From the NCBI GenBank assembly GCA_964537905.1, contig CAZICU010000002.1, forward strand, positions 1 through 63,694: a DNA stretch of 63,694 nucleotides. Direction: 5' to 3'. Every line of letters starts with the position of its first letter. Within the stretch, counting starts at the first letter, position 1. The translations under genes were made by a program, and so were the position numbers. Origin of the DNA: an uncultured Gammaproteobacteria bacterium (GTDB lineage: Bacteria > Patescibacteriota > Microgenomatia > UBA12405). Below, piece after piece: positions 53,084 through 63,694 of the stretch. Below the pieces are notes generated by a model. It saw only the letters and a list, made by a program, of their open reading frames with translations. It was not told where the DNA came from and made no database searches.

Positions 53084-53237
53084 TACGTCATTGCAAACGA
53101 ATCCTTACGTCATTGCGATCCGCCAGCTGGCGGAGAAGCAATCTCATTAAAATTTATCCCTAACATTTCACTAATTCAATAAACATCGTCATTGCGAGGA
53201 ACAGTTACCATAGTGACGAAGCAATCTCATTGAGATT
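53084..53237 (+). repeat. Three copies of a CGTCATTGCGA...GAAGCAATCTCATT repeat
   Basis: A partial copy lies at 53084-53104. A full copy at 53106-53148 encloses the palindrome CCGCCAGCTGGCGG. A full copy at 53186-53237 encloses CGTCA..TGACG. Confidence 0.75.
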
Positions 53238-53265
53238 ATCATATCCTTTGACTTTGTAATATTTT

Positions 53266-55113
53266 TTAATTATTCGATCTTTTAGCTCTTACTCGGTCAA
53301 CTTTAGATAAAATTTTCTTTCTTAGTCTAATCTTTTGAGGCGTTACATCAATCAATTCATCTGAATTAATAAAATCCAAAGATTCTTCGATTGAATATTT
53401 GACTGCTGGAGCCAAAACGATATTATCATCATTACCAGCCGAGCGGGTATTAGTTAAGTGTTTTCCTTTACAAATATTTATTTCTAAATCTCCCTCTACA
53501 GGTCTCAAGCCAACTATTTGACCCTCGTACACTTGTTCATTTGGATCAATAAAATTAGTTCCTCGGTGTTGAGCCAAATCAAGTCCGAAAGATAAAGCTT
53601 TTCCAGTTTCAAAAGCAATCATCACCCCATTTCTTTCTTTTTTATTTTCTTCTTGCTTTAGTTCATAACCCAAAAATAAGGTATTAATCGAAACTGTTCC
53701 CTTTGTGGCTGAAATCAAAGCATTACGTAATCCCAAACCATTTCTTTCGCTAATTTTATAAGTCATTCTAGTTCCTGTTTTGTCGTCAGTTGTCATATCC
53801 AACATTTCTCCTTTTCGTTTTCCTAGTTCCGCTGTAATAGTTCCTACATATTCTTCTGGAGTAATAATAATCATTTCATTAAAAGGTTCATATACTTTAC
53901 CATCAATTGTTTTTAAAATTACTTCTGGTTTACCTACTTCCATAGCATAACCTTCACGGCGCAATTTTTCGATTAAAATGGCTAAATGTAATTCACCTCT
54001 ACCAGAAACTAATACTCTAATCGCATCATTTGGGTCATCTTCAATTTTTAACCCTAAATTAGTCTCTACTTCTTCGCTTAATCTGGCTTTAAGCTCACGA
54101 CTAGTTAAAAACTTTGCCTCGTCTTTGGCAAATATACCAGTGTTCGGTCCAAAACTCGCTTTAAGAGTTGGAGGGGTTATTTCGATCGAAGGTAAAGCTA
54201 CCTGACAATTAATATCAGTTAATGTTTGACCAATTTCTATTGCTGAAATTCCGGCTAAATATACTATTTCTCCTGACCCAGCTTCACTTACTTCTACTTT
54301 ATTAATTCCTTCATTAACATACATTCTTTCTACCCTAAAATTACCTTTAGTTTTTTGATCTGAACTAACCAAAGAAACTGACATTCCTTTACTAATTTTC
54401 CCTTTGTTTATTCTTCCCACCGCTAATTTACCTAAATACTCATTTTTTTCAAAATTAGATACTAACATTTGAAAAGGAGAATCAATATCCTTAACAGCAT
54501 TAGGTATAGTTTCTAAAATTTGTTCAAAAATAGGGCTAATATCAGCTTTTTCCTCTATATTTTCAGGCATTTGTTTAAATGCTTTGCCATCTCTACCAAT
54601 ACAATATATAGTTGGAAAATCGAGTAATTCTGGATCATCCACCAAAGATAAAAATAAATTTTCAGTATCAGCTAAAACTTTTTTAATCTGTTGATCTTTT
54701 CGGTCGATTTTATTAATAATCAAAATAACCTTTAATTTATTTTCCAATGCTCTTTTCAAAACAAATTTTGTTTGTGATAATGGTCCTTCAGCTGCATCTA
54801 CAATCAACAACACTCCATCAACCATATTTAATACTCGTTCTACTTCTCCACCAAAGTCAGCATGTCCTGGTGTGTCAACTATATTAATTTTAGTATTTCC
54901 ATAAAAAACTGAAGTATTTTTTGATAGAATTGTGATTCCTTTTTCTCTTTCCAAATCATTACTATCCATAATTCTTTCCATTGACATTTCATCTTGGTTG
55001 TCTCTAAAAGTATGAGTCTGTTTCAATAAAGCATCCACCAAAGTCGTCTTGCCATGATCAACATGGGCAATAACAGCAACATTTCGAATATCAGTCAAAT
55101 TAGGCATTCGCAT
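53266..55113 (-). CDS. typA: Translational GTPase TypA/BipA
   Basis: Carries [17 protein letters not shown] and NKIDR motifs and has an EF-G-like domain layout. Confidence 0.95.
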   Translation of the reverse strand: MRMPNLTDIRNVAVIAHVDHGKTTLVDALLKQTHTFRDNQDEMSMERIMDSNDLEREKGITILSKNTSVFYGNTKINIVDTPGHADFGGEVERVLNMVDGVLLIVDAAEGPLSQTKFVLKRALENKLKVILIINKIDRKDQQIKKVLADTENLFLSLVDDPELLDFPTIYCIGRDGKAFKQMPENIEEKADISPIFEQILETIPNAVKDIDSPFQMLVSNFEKNEYLGKLAVGRINKGKISKGMSVSLVSSDQKTKGNFRVERMYVNEGINKVEVSEAGSGEIVYLAGISAIEIGQTLTDINCQVALPSIEITPPTLKASFGPNTGIFAKDEAKFLTSRELKARLSEEVETNLGLKIEDDPNDAIRVLVSGRGELHLAILIEKLRREGYAMEVGKPEVILKTIDGKVYEPFNEMIIITPEEYVGTITAELGKRKGEMLDMTTDDKTGTRMTYKISERNGLGLRNALISATKGTVSINTLFLGYELKQEENKKERNGVMIAFETGKALSFGLDLAQHRGTNFIDPNEQVYEGQIVGLRPVEGDLEINICKGKHLTNTRSAGNDDNIVLAPAVKYSIEESLDFINSDELIDVTPQKIRLRKKILSKVDRVRAKRSNN

Positions 55114-55195
55114 ATTCTACTACAAGATGAGATTATTTCAATCATTAAATGATAACAAATTATTCCAATATATAGACAATTTTGTATAATTATCT

Positions 55196-55975
55196 ATGTT
55201 AAAAAATAAAATATTTTTTATTCCAATTATTTTTATTGTTTTTATCACTTCTAGCCTTTTAATTTTAAAAAAATATTCCATCAACAAAATTGAAACAAAA
55301 ATCACTCAAACGGTTGAAAAAATTCAAGAAGTTAAAGAAACTATCAATCCTCAACCGACTAAAATTCTTTCTTCTGGCCTTCCTGATAAATATTTAATTA
55401 AAACTAATTTTATCCCTCAATCACCCGAAAAAAATTGGGATCAACCCTGGCAAGACGCTTGCGAAGAAGCTGCTCTTTTAACTGTTGATTATTATTATAA
55501 AAATATCACTTCTCCTGATTCTCAAACTATTAAAAATGATTTATTAAAAATGTTTGATTTTGAAACCCAACAATCTTTCACTCACGATATAAATATAAAA
55601 CAAATGTCTCTTGTAGCTCAACAATATTTAGGTTATTCAACAGAAATTCTTGATAATCCTAGCCTTGAAGATATCAAAGAATATCTTTCCCAAGGTATTC
55701 CTATAATTATCCCAGCTAATGGTAAAACTCTTTATCAAGAAAATAAACATTTCAAAGAAGGTGGACCTTATTATCATAATGTTGTCATTCTTGGTTATGA
55801 TGATACCAAACAAAAATTTACTGTTCATGATGTTGGTACTCAATTTGGATCATATTTTAAATATTCCTATTCTCTTCTCTTAAATAGTATTCATGATTTT
55901 CCTAATTCTCAAAGGAAAGAAGATATCGACCAAGGTGATAAAAAAATTTTAATTTTGTTACAATCTAAAGTATGA
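55196..55975 (+). CDS. Membrane-anchored peptidase C39-like domain protein
   Basis: Has an N-terminal TM helix. PQSPEKNWDQPWQDACEEAALL (candidate catalytic Cys) and a later H (YYHNVVILGYD) resemble the C39_2-type fold. Confidence 0.5.
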   Translation: MLKNKIFFIPIIFIVFITSSLLILKKYSINKIETKITQTVEKIQEVKETINPQPTKILSSGLPDKYLIKTNFIPQSPEKNWDQPWQDACEEAALLTVDYYYKNITSPDSQTIKNDLLKMFDFETQQSFTHDINIKQMSLVAQQYLGYSTEILDNPSLEDIKEYLSQGIPIIIPANGKTLYQENKHFKEGGPYYHNVVILGYDDTKQKFTVHDVGTQFGSYFKYSYSLLLNSIHDFPNSQRKEDIDQGDKKILILLQSKV

Positions 55976-56568
55976 ATCGAAAATTTAAATATCTCAGTTT
56001 AGTTATCGTTTCTGCCTTATTTATTTCTGGATGTACTACTAAATCCAATCAAGAACAAAATTTAGATCTAAATACTGTTCCTACTTCATCAGTTAGTACT
56101 CCTATTTCACCCTCAAAAACTATGACCAATCAAAATCCTGTTGTTTCTCTAAAAACAAAAGATGGAGAAATTTTAATTAAACTTTATCAAGATAAAACCC
56201 CCAAAACTGCGGCCAACTTTATCAAAAAAACCGATTCTGGTTATTATGATGGATTAACTTTTCATCGAGTTATTCCTGGTTTTATGGCTCAAGGTGGCGA
56301 CCCTACTGGTACTGGTATGGGTGGTGGTAAACAAGATTCTGAATTAAATAATATTCCTTTTGTTCGTGGTAGTTTAGGTCTCGCCCGAACTGCTGAAACT
56401 AAATTAGTCAGCAACGATAGTCAATTTTTCATTTGTTTCACCACCGAAGGTTGTCAACATTTAACTTCAGATTATGTTAATTTTGGTGAAGTAATTTCTG
56501 GTCTCGAAATTTTAGATAAAATCAATCAGGGCGATAAAATTATTAGTATTACTTCTAAAACTAAATAA
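55972..56568 (+). CDS. Peptidyl-prolyl cis-trans isomerase (cyclophilin type), lipoprotein
   Basis: Has the lipobox LFISGC and the cyclophilin core FHRVIPGFMAQGGDPTGTG. Confidence 0.9.
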   Translation: MNRKFKYLSLVIVSALFISGCTTKSNQEQNLDLNTVPTSSVSTPISPSKTMTNQNPVVSLKTKDGEILIKLYQDKTPKTAANFIKKTDSGYYDGLTFHRVIPGFMAQGGDPTGTGMGGGKQDSELNNIPFVRGSLGLARTAETKLVSNDSQFFICFTTEGCQHLTSDYVNFGEVISGLEILDKINQGDKIISITSKTK

Positions 56569-57011
56569 TGTTTAAAAAAATAATTTATATTTTTATTGGC
56601 ATTGGTTTGTTTCTTGGTCTTTTTTGGTATATGTCTCAACCACCCAAAGATCAATCAAATATTGATAGTAATCCCATTAATAATTCTAATATGGATAAAT
56701 ACCAAGATTATCCGGTTTATGACAATCCCGATCTTGTTTTTTTCTGGGGTAATGGCTGTCCTCATTGTGAAAATGTCGAAAATTGGATAAAAGATAATCA
56801 AGCTACTGAAAAAATAAAAATAAATTTTAAAGAAGTTTATTACAACAAAGAAAATCAAACAGATTTATCTAACATTGCCAAAGAATATTGTCCTGAAATA
56901 ATTTCTAATGGTGGCGTTGGTATTCCCACTGGTTTTGATTTTATTAATAAGAAATGTATTCAAGGAGATACTCCTCTAATTGAATTTTTATCTTCAAAAT
57001 TAGCCAATTAA
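56568..57011 (+). CDS. Membrane-anchored thioredoxin-fold protein
   Basis: Has an N-terminal TM helix and a CxxC motif (GCPHC) in a glutaredoxin/thioredoxin-like context. Confidence 0.6.
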   Translation: MFKKIIYIFIGIGLFLGLFWYMSQPPKDQSNIDSNPINNSNMDKYQDYPVYDNPDLVFFWGNGCPHCENVENWIKDNQATEKIKINFKEVYYNKENQTDLSNIAKEYCPEIISNGGVGIPTGFDFINKKCIQGDTPLIEFLSSKLAN

Positions 57012-57015
57012 TTTA

Positions 57016-57393
57016 ATGTCAAAAAAATCTAAGTCGCAAAGGATTACTTTCAAAAGTATTTTTCGTCTTGTTATTTTTCTAATTTTAGTTTATTTATTAA
57101 TTAATTGGTTTAGTCAAAAAGATTCATTATCTAATAATGATCCTACAGTTTTTATTGGTGAAACTGTTGCTTCTTCAAATGTTTTAGGTGTTATATATTC
57201 AAAACTACCTCAAGATAGTCGTTATCAGTTAGAAAATTTTAATCAAACTCAACTTGGAAATATTTTTTCTAATTCTTCAGAATTTATTAAATCAAAATTA
57301 AATGGTTTTCCTCAAAAGCAGATTAAAGAATTAAAAAAAGCAATTATCAAAAATATTTCTGATGATATGATAAGAAATATTGAAGAAAATTAA
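57016..57393 (+). CDS. Membrane-anchored hypothetical protein
   Basis: Has a single TM helix ([15 protein letters not shown]). No motif was recognised. Confidence 0.4.
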   Translation: MSKKSKSQRITFKSIFRLVIFLILVYLLINWFSQKDSLSNNDPTVFIGETVASSNVLGVIYSKLPQDSRYQLENFNQTQLGNIFSNSSEFIKSKLNGFPQKQIKELKKAIIKNISDDMIRNIEEN

Positions 57394-57395
57394 TT

Positions 57396-58475
57396 ATGTC
57401 TGATTTTTTAGAATTAAAATCAAAATTCGAAGCCATCAAAGTAAAATTAGCTTATCAAGCTAAAATTCAACAACTTTCTGATCTTGAAAAAGAATCCCAA
57501 AAACCCAATTTATGGGATAATCCATCATCTGCTCAAGAACTGCTTCAGTCAATTTCCTTTCTTCAGAAAACTATTCAGCAAATTCAAAAAATAGAATCAG
57601 ATATTCAAATCCTAAGTGAATTTATCGACCTTGATTCTCAAAATCCAGATCCATCTCTTCAAATTGAAATTCAAAATTCATTAACTAATTTAGAATCAGC
57701 CGTTTCTGAATTAGAAATTCAAACCTATCTTTCAGGTAAATATGATTCAAAAACAGCCATTCTTTCTATTCATTCAGGTCAAGGTGGTACCGAAGCCATG
57801 GATTGGGCTTCTATGCTTCAAAGAATGTATCTCAGATTTTTAGAACGTAAAGGCTGGAATTTTGAAGTTATTGATCTAACTCCCGGAGAAGAAGCTGGTA
57901 TTAAATCTGTTTATCTAAAAATTAATCATCCATACGCCTATGGTTATCTCAAAAGAGAATCAGGAGCTCACCGATTGGTTAGATTATCTCCGTTTAATGC
58001 TGATAATCTTCGCCAAACTTCATTTGCTAAAGTTGAAGTAACTCCTATTTTTGATTTTAATTCAACTGCCGAATTTAAAATTCCTTCAGAAGATATTGAA
58101 TTTTCTGCTTTTCGATCTGGGGGAAATGGTGGTCAAAATGTTAATAAAGTTTCCACTGCAGTTAGATTAGTTCACAAACCAACTGGAATTAGTGTTTCTT
58201 GTCAAAGTCAACGCGGTCAAGAACAAAATCGTCAATTGGCCATGCAAATGTTAACTTCAAAAATTTGGGCTATCGAACAAGAAAAGCAAAATCAAGAAAA
58301 AAAAGATTTAAAAGGAGAAAATGTTATTGCTGGTTGGGGACATCAAATTCGTTCTTATGTTCTTCACCCTTATAAAATGGTCAAAGATCTTCGTACTCGC
58401 TATGAAACTTCTGATACAACTGATATTCTTGATGGTAATCTCGATTTATTTATTCAATCTGAACTAAAACTATAA
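57396..58475 (+). CDS. prfB: Peptide chain release factor 2
   Basis: Carries the SPF tripeptide (RLSPFNA) and the GGQ motif ([10 protein letters not shown]). It is one continuous ORF, so no +1 frameshift is needed. Confidence 0.9.
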   Translation: MSDFLELKSKFEAIKVKLAYQAKIQQLSDLEKESQKPNLWDNPSSAQELLQSISFLQKTIQQIQKIESDIQILSEFIDLDSQNPDPSLQIEIQNSLTNLESAVSELEIQTYLSGKYDSKTAILSIHSGQGGTEAMDWASMLQRMYLRFLERKGWNFEVIDLTPGEEAGIKSVYLKINHPYAYGYLKRESGAHRLVRLSPFNADNLRQTSFAKVEVTPIFDFNSTAEFKIPSEDIEFSAFRSGGNGGQNVNKVSTAVRLVHKPTGISVSCQSQRGQEQNRQLAMQMLTSKIWAIEQEKQNQEKKDLKGENVIAGWGHQIRSYVLHPYKMVKDLRTRYETSDTTDILDGNLDLFIQSELKL

Positions 58476-58476
58476 C

Positions 58477-59502
58477 ATGCCAAAATCAATTAAAATAATT
58501 TTTGTTTTTATCATATCTTTATTTGGGCTTTCTTTTTTATTTTTCAATATTGGACTTAATTTTTTGGCTAAAAAAGTTAATAAACCAACTGAATATTTAA
58601 AAAATTCTATTCAACAAGTTGTCCAAGAAAATTCATACCACCAAAAAGATAAAATTAATTTTATTCTTTTAGGTCTTGATGAACGACATGATTCTCTTGA
58701 AACAACTGAAACCACCGATACTATTATTTTTATTTCATTAAATTTAAAAACCGCTAAAACTACTCTTATTTCAATTCCTCGCGATCTTTGGTTTTATGAT
58801 CTTAATAGTAAGATTAACCAAATTTATCCTCAATCTTTGGCACAATCAGATAAATATTCTTATATTAAGACTAATTTTTCAAAACTTATTGGTCAAAATA
58901 TTGATCATGTAATTGTTTTAAATACTAATAATCTTATTAAATTTGTTAAATTATCTGGAGGTATTGATGTTTATTTAGAAAACGGCTTTATTGATAAACA
59001 ATATCCTAACCCTGATTACATAAAAGATCCCAAATCTGGTGTTCCTATTTATCAAACGGTCGAATTTAAATCCGGCGATATTCATTTAGATGAATCTAAT
59101 ATTACCGAGTTTGTTCGTTCTCGTAAGGGTGGTGATACTTTATCTCAAGGCGGAACTGATTTAGCCAGAATTCAACGTCAACAATTAGTCATTGATGCAT
59201 TAATTAAAAAATTTAAAGATGGTAAACTTATCACTTCTTTTAATCAAGCTTGTGAATTATATAAATTTTGGGATCAAGAACTTTCCAGAGATATTTCTGA
59301 TGTTCAAATAGCTCAAATTGCTATTAGTTTAATTCCTCAATTACCTAATTTTTCTTTAGATAAAAAAGAAATTACTATTGGAAATACCGCCAAAGATGGA
59401 TTAATTTATCACCCAAATAGTTTTATTAATAAACAATGGGTTTTTATTCCAGCCGATAAAGACTATAAATCTTTTCAACAATTTTTTTCTGATTCTATCT
59501 AA
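58477..59502 (+). CDS. LytR/CpsA/Psr (LCP) family protein
   Basis: Has an N-terminal TM helix and the motifs TDTIIFISL, SIPRDLWF and FVRSRKGGDTLSQGGTDLARIQRQQ. Confidence 0.8.
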   Translation: MPKSIKIIFVFIISLFGLSFLFFNIGLNFLAKKVNKPTEYLKNSIQQVVQENSYHQKDKINFILLGLDERHDSLETTETTDTIIFISLNLKTAKTTLISIPRDLWFYDLNSKINQIYPQSLAQSDKYSYIKTNFSKLIGQNIDHVIVLNTNNLIKFVKLSGGIDVYLENGFIDKQYPNPDYIKDPKSGVPIYQTVEFKSGDIHLDESNITEFVRSRKGGDTLSQGGTDLARIQRQQLVIDALIKKFKDGKLITSFNQACELYKFWDQELSRDISDVQIAQIAISLIPQLPNFSLDKKEITIGNTAKDGLIYHPNSFINKQWVFIPADKDYKSFQQFFSDSI

Positions 59503-59632
59503 ATCTATTGATAAATTTTTTACTTGATAACTTTCTAACTTTATAAACTGATTTTTGTTATACTGAACTATTATTAGTTTATTTATTAGTTTTAGTTATT
59601 CAACTAATTACTAATTTACTAATTAACTATAT

Positions 59633-60118
59633 ATGGATATTCCAAATTTATCTAATAATTCAATTAATTTACCTCAAAAATCTTTACAACTTCCTAATAA
59701 AACTCCAATATATATATATCCAATAATTATTATTGTGGCTGTTATTATTGGTTTTGGTGCTTCTCGTATTTTTCCTAGTCGAACTCAAAATGAGATTTCT
59801 AATCAAACCAATTCAATTGAAACCAAAGCCACTAAAATAATCGAAGGAGAAGAAATCAAACCGGGAATTTTATATGGTAATACTAACAAAACTTTTGCTG
59901 ATGGTGCCGCTGGAATCATCAAATCTGGTGGAATCAATGGCGAGGGGACACATACTCTCGAACGTGAAGGAGGGAAAACTCAAAACGCCGCTTTAACTTC
60001 ATCGGTAATTGATCTTGATCTCTTTATTGATAAAAAAGTTGAAGTCAAAGGAGAAACTAATAAGTCAAACAAAGTTGGTTGGTTATTGGATGTTGGTAGT
60101 ATAAAAATTATTGAATAA
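59633..60118 (+). CDS. Membrane-anchored hypothetical protein
   Basis: Has a single TM helix (IYIYPIIIIVAVIIGFGA). No motif was recognised. Confidence 0.4.
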   Translation: MDIPNLSNNSINLPQKSLQLPNKTPIYIYPIIIIVAVIIGFGASRIFPSRTQNEISNQTNSIETKATKIIEGEEIKPGILYGNTNKTFADGAAGIIKSGGINGEGTHTLEREGGKTQNAALTSSVIDLDLFIDKKVEVKGETNKSNKVGWLLDVGSIKIIE

Positions 60119-60120
60119 TA

Positions 60121-60837
60121 ATGAAAATAGTTTTTGATAAAGTCGATAAAAATTATGGTCTTATTAGCGCTCTAAAAGATATTAGTTTTAGTGTTGATCA
60201 AGGTGAATTTGTTTTTGTTATTGGACCATCAGGATCAGGTAAATCAACTTTATTAAAACTTATTTTAAATCAAATCAAACCAAGCAATGGGGTTTTAACT
60301 ATCAATGATATTGATCTTAATTTTGGCCAAAAAAAAGAAATTGATAAAGTTCGTCAAAAAATAGGAGTTATTTTCCAAGATTATCAACTTATAATGGATA
60401 AATCTGTCGAGGAAAATATTGCCTTAAGTTTAGATATTATTTCTTATCCAAAAGATAAGATATTTACCAAAATTGATGAAGTAATCAAACAAGTAAATTT
60501 AAACAGTCGTCGTTATCTTTTCCCTTCTCAATTGTCTGGTGGAGAACTTCAACGTGCCGCCCTTGCTCGAGCTTTAGCTATTGAACCAGAAGTAATTTTA
60601 GCTGATGAACCAACAGGAAATTTAGATATGGAAAATTCTTGGAATTTAGTCAAAATCTTAAAAGATATTAACGAAAAAAAAGGTACTACTATTATTATGA
60701 CTACTCACAATCAAGAAATTGTTGATTCTCTTAATAAAAGAAAAATTGAAATTAAAAATGGTGTTATTATTTTTGATTCTTCTAATCAGAAAAAAAATAA
60801 ACCAGTTAAAACCATTCATAATTCAAAAAAAACATGA
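60121..60837 (+). CDS. ftsE: Cell division ATP-binding protein FtsE
   Basis: Carries the Walker A motif GPSGSGKST, the signature LSGGELQR and the Walker B motif ILADEPT. ftsX follows. Confidence 0.9.
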   Translation: MKIVFDKVDKNYGLISALKDISFSVDQGEFVFVIGPSGSGKSTLLKLILNQIKPSNGVLTINDIDLNFGQKKEIDKVRQKIGVIFQDYQLIMDKSVEENIALSLDIISYPKDKIFTKIDEVIKQVNLNSRRYLFPSQLSGGELQRAALARALAIEPEVILADEPTGNLDMENSWNLVKILKDINEKKGTTIIMTTHNQEIVDSLNKRKIEIKNGVIIFDSSNQKKNKPVKTIHNSKKT

Positions 60838-61706
60838 ATTCCACCAAAATTACTTGGCATCATATTCGTCGATCACCATTTCAAAGCTTGATTGCTTTAA
60901 TTCTGATGACCTTTAGTTTTATTTTAATTTCTCTTTTTATTATCATTAGTAATGGTATTGCTGAAACACTGAAATATTTTGAAACCAAACCAGAAATTAC
61001 TATTTATATCAAAGATAATATTGATAATTCAATTTTGGAAAATTTAAAAAAAGATCTTTCTAATTATCAAGGTGTCAAAGAAGTTAGATATATTTCCAAA
61101 GATAAAGCTTTTGAAATATATAAACAACAAAACCAAGATAATCCTATGCTAACCGAAATGGTTACTGCAAGTATTTTACCGGCTTCTTTTGAAGTTACTG
61201 TTTCCGACCCCAAAATTTTAGAAGAAATTTATCAAAATTATGCCACTAAAAACGATATAGTTGATGAAATTATTTATCAAAAAGATATTATTAATACTTT
61301 ACTTGATTGGACCAATACCATCCGAAAAGGGGGGATAATTATTACTTTAATTGTTATTTTAATTACTTTTCTTTCAGTTTCTTCTATTATTGGCATGAAA
61401 ACTACCAATAGAAAAGATGAAATAAAAATTAGTCGTCTTTTGGGTGCTTCCAATTGGTATGTCAAAAAACCATTTTTACTTGAAGGTCTTTTTTATGGTT
61501 TTATTGGAAGTTTTATTGGATCAGTTTTTGTTTCTTTATTTTTTATTCTCAAGCGTCAAGCTATAAATTCTTTTTTTACTCCAATAAATTTTATTTCTGA
61601 TAATTTTACTCTCTACGCAATATTTATTTTATCTGAAGTATTTATTGGTTGTATCATAGGTCTTTTTGCTAGTTTTATTGGTGTCAAAAGGTATATTAAA
61701 TTTTAA
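60834..61706 (+). CDS. ftsX: Cell division permease FtsX
   Basis: Has four TM segments with a large first extracellular loop. It overlaps the ftsE stop. Confidence 0.85.
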   Translation: MNSTKITWHHIRRSPFQSLIALILMTFSFILISLFIIISNGIAETLKYFETKPEITIYIKDNIDNSILENLKKDLSNYQGVKEVRYISKDKAFEIYKQQNQDNPMLTEMVTASILPASFEVTVSDPKILEEIYQNYATKNDIVDEIIYQKDIINTLLDWTNTIRKGGIIITLIVILITFLSVSSIIGMKTTNRKDEIKISRLLGASNWYVKKPFLLEGLFYGFIGSFIGSVFVSLFFILKRQAINSFFTPINFISDNFTLYAIFILSEVFIGCIIGLFASFIGVKRYIKF

Positions 61707-61709
61707 AAA

Positions 61710-62819
61710 ATGTTTCAAAAAATTTTTTTTTATTTATTATTTTTAACGACTTTTGTATTTTTTTTAAATCCCAAACCTATTTTAAGTGAATCTCCTGAAG
61801 AATTACAAGATAAAATCAATCAATACTCCCAAAAATTAAATGAGCTTGGCACCGCCAAAAATACTTTAAATAATCAAGTTAAATATCTTGATTCTCAATA
61901 TCAACTCACTCTTCTCAAAATTACCCAAACAGAAAATTCTATTAATTTTTTAGAAAAGGAAATTGCTAACCTCGGTCTAGAAATTAGTAAGTTAGAAAAA
62001 GAAATCAATCAATTATCAGCTGTTTATATTCGACAAATAATCCAAAGTTATAAACTACAAAAAAAATACCCTTCGTTTGCCTATATTTTTTCCGATAATA
62101 TCAATACTTTTTTAGAACAACATCAATATTTTTCATCGATTCAAACCAATAGTAAACAAAATTTAATTGATCGAGAAACTATTCGTTATAATTATGACCA
62201 ACAAAAAACTACCAAAGAAAAAAAACAAATTGAACTGGAAACTTTACAAAAAACCTTAGCCTCCCAAAAAATTAGTCTTAATAATCAAAAAAATGAAAAA
62301 AATTATCTTCTCCAAGTAACAAAGAATGACGAAGCAAATTATATCAAACTTAAAGAGGCTGCTCAAAGAGAATTAACAGCATTAGTTAATGCTAAGTTTA
62401 CTGGAAAAAGAGAAGTAAAACGAGGAGAAATTTTAGGAATAATGGGTAGTACCGGATATTCTACAGGTGATCATCTTCATTTTAGTCTTTATAATCTCAA
62501 AGAATCAGAACTTGCATTATGGAATTATCGTAATGATATTGATCCTATTTCTTATATTGAAACTAATCGTTGGCCAATGAATGGAACTATTACTATTACT
62601 CAACAAAGAGGTAATACAGCATTTGCTCGATCAGCTTATGGAGACAACTTTCATCACGGTATTGATATGGTATCTAATAATACAGCTATCGTAGCAGTAA
62701 ATGACGGAGTTGCATATTTTTTTAGAAACGACAATGATCCTTATAACCATGGATATGGTAATCACGTCAAGCTTTTCCATAGTGATGGTAAAATGACTCT
62801 TTATTTACATATGAAATAA
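61710..62819 (+). CDS. M23 family metallopeptidase with an N-terminal coiled coil (EnvC-like)
   Basis: Has a signal/anchor and a long coiled coil. M23 motifs are GSTGYSTGDHLHFSLY and HHGIDM. It lies directly downstream of ftsEX. Confidence 0.8.
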   Translation: MFQKIFFYLLFLTTFVFFLNPKPILSESPEELQDKINQYSQKLNELGTAKNTLNNQVKYLDSQYQLTLLKITQTENSINFLEKEIANLGLEISKLEKEINQLSAVYIRQIIQSYKLQKKYPSFAYIFSDNINTFLEQHQYFSSIQTNSKQNLIDRETIRYNYDQQKTTKEKKQIELETLQKTLASQKISLNNQKNEKNYLLQVTKNDEANYIKLKEAAQRELTALVNAKFTGKREVKRGEILGIMGSTGYSTGDHLHFSLYNLKESELALWNYRNDIDPISYIETNRWPMNGTITITQQRGNTAFARSAYGDNFHHGIDMVSNNTAIVAVNDGVAYFFRNDNDPYNHGYGNHVKLFHSDGKMTLYLHMK

Positions 62820-62823
62820 TCAA

Positions 62824-62861
62824 AAATCCCCCACCTTTCGGTAGGGGATTTGTTGTATTTT
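62824..62861 (+). terminator. Stem-loop terminator after the M23 gene
   Basis: The stem is AAATCCCC-(c acc tttc ggt a)-GGGGATTT. T-rich sequence follows. Confidence 0.55.
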
Positions 62862-62899
62862 GTTTTACTACTAGCTACTAGCTATTCGCTATTGGCTAA

Positions 62900-63544
62900 T
62901 TAGAATCCTCTTATCTTTTTTCTCAAGATTAATCCAGAAATACCAAGTCCAATTATTCCCATAGTTTCTATTACTAAAACAAAAGCACCAGTTTCTGGTA
63001 ATACTACTGGAGCTTCAACAGTCACAGTGTTTCCAATGTAGTAAGTAGCACTATCTCTTTCATTAATTTCGTCAACACTAGCTAAAGCGACGTTAGTTTC
63101 TTTAGTTAAAGTATTTACTTCAGCTGCTTTATCAATTTTAGCTCTAATCAAAAATTCTTGAGAATGTCCTGCGTTAAGTTCATCAATAGTCCATTCAACT
63201 TTATTGTCAGTACTATTATAATTTCCTGGAGAAAAGACTAATTGTAAAAAAGGAGGTAAATTATCGGTTACTTTAATATTTTTCATATTAGTAGTTCCGG
63301 TATTAGTTACTTTAACCTTAAATTCAATTAAATCACCATTTTTAAAAACTTTTCTATCAGTTGAAATATTATCAATAAAATAAGACCAATCAAGAGCTCT
63401 AATTTTTTTATCTATTGATAATGTTTTTCGATTATCATCACTAGAATATGAATCAGCCTTAATAATCGTCGGTTTTAATAAAGAACCTACGACTAAAGCT
63501 CCCAAAAATAGACTTAATAATAATTTATTTTTCATTTGTTCCAC
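62900..63544 (-). CDS. LPXTG-anchored surface protein with a DUF11-like repeat domain
   Basis: Has an N-terminal signal peptide and a beta-sandwich motif (IEFKVKVTNTGTTNMKNIKVTDNLP). The C-terminus carries LPETG, a hydrophobic helix and an RKKIRGF tail. Confidence 0.8.
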   Translation of the reverse strand: MEQMKNKLLLSLFLGALVVGSLLKPTIIKADSYSSDDNRKTLSIDKKIRALDWSYFIDNISTDRKVFKNGDLIEFKVKVTNTGTTNMKNIKVTDNLPPFLQLVFSPGNYNSTDNKVEWTIDELNAGHSQEFLIRAKIDKAAEVNTLTKETNVALASVDEINERDSATYYIGNTVTVEAPVVLPETGAFVLVIETMGIIGLGISGLILRKKIRGF

Positions 63545-63694
63545 CTGCTAATTAACTATATTAATAATTAGTTATAGGACATTATATAAGCAAAAAACCT
63601 ATTTGTCAACTAAATCTAAATATTCACTAAACAATTTAGTTTTTGTTATACTCTTAATTAGTATGAATAAAAAAATCATCAATGAATTATCTGT

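Noticed and set aside
57396-58475. Programmed +1 frameshift in prfB
   Set aside because: The RF2 reading frame is continuous from the ATG at 57396 through the SPF and GGQ motifs. No in-frame UGA or CUU-UGA slippery site occurs near codon ~25.

Overview
This is an AT-rich bacterial chromosome segment read in the standard genetic code (long uninterrupted ORFs, and an intact RF2 gene is present). It is densely packed with housekeeping genes.

**Core genes**
- Translation and RNA: argS, lysS, serS, prfB, typA, obg, era, rlmN, dus, greA, tRNA-Gln, tRNA-Glu.
- Proteostasis and secretion: lon, secA.
- Excision repair: uvrB, uvrA and a short uvrC.
- Competence and recombination: dprA, comM, yraN.
- Stringent response: relA/spoT.
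- Central carbon metabolism: fba, glpX, pmm.
- NAD synthesis: nadE.
- Division: ftsE, ftsX and an M23/EnvC-like peptidase.
- Gram-positive-like envelope set: a sortase, an LPETG protein, two LCP proteins and two GT-C membrane glycosyltransferases.

The gene content and style suggest a reduced CPR/Patescibacteria-like genome. That is inference only.

**Accessory and unusual content**
1. A compact module lies against, and overlaps, the 3' end of tRNA-Gln. It has a small ORF, an HUH rolling-circle Rep and a large serine recombinase, and a ~144-nt strongly structured non-coding region sits upstream.
2. A family of G/C-rich hairpin repeats (CTCCC..GGGAG / CCCCT..AGGGG) is scattered in intergenic spacers. 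It is also inserted in frame inside dus (twice) and rlmN.
3. Two diverged paralogous HNH-motif genes carry a 66-bp identical 5' flank and the same 12-mer directly after the stop codon. Together they bracket tRNA-Glu.
4. A small ORF with its own promoter, Shine-Dalgarno site and terminator is bracketed by perfect 15-bp inverted repeats.
5. There is a ~117-bp heptanucleotide tandem array, a second repeat family (CGTCATTGCGA...GAAGCAATCTC), and several short 'word' repeats in spacers.
6. Many genes have a -10 box only 5-8 nt upstream of the start codon and no Shine-Dalgarno site, which suggests leaderless mRNAs.

All calls come from reading the sequence and the ORF track. No database searches were run.
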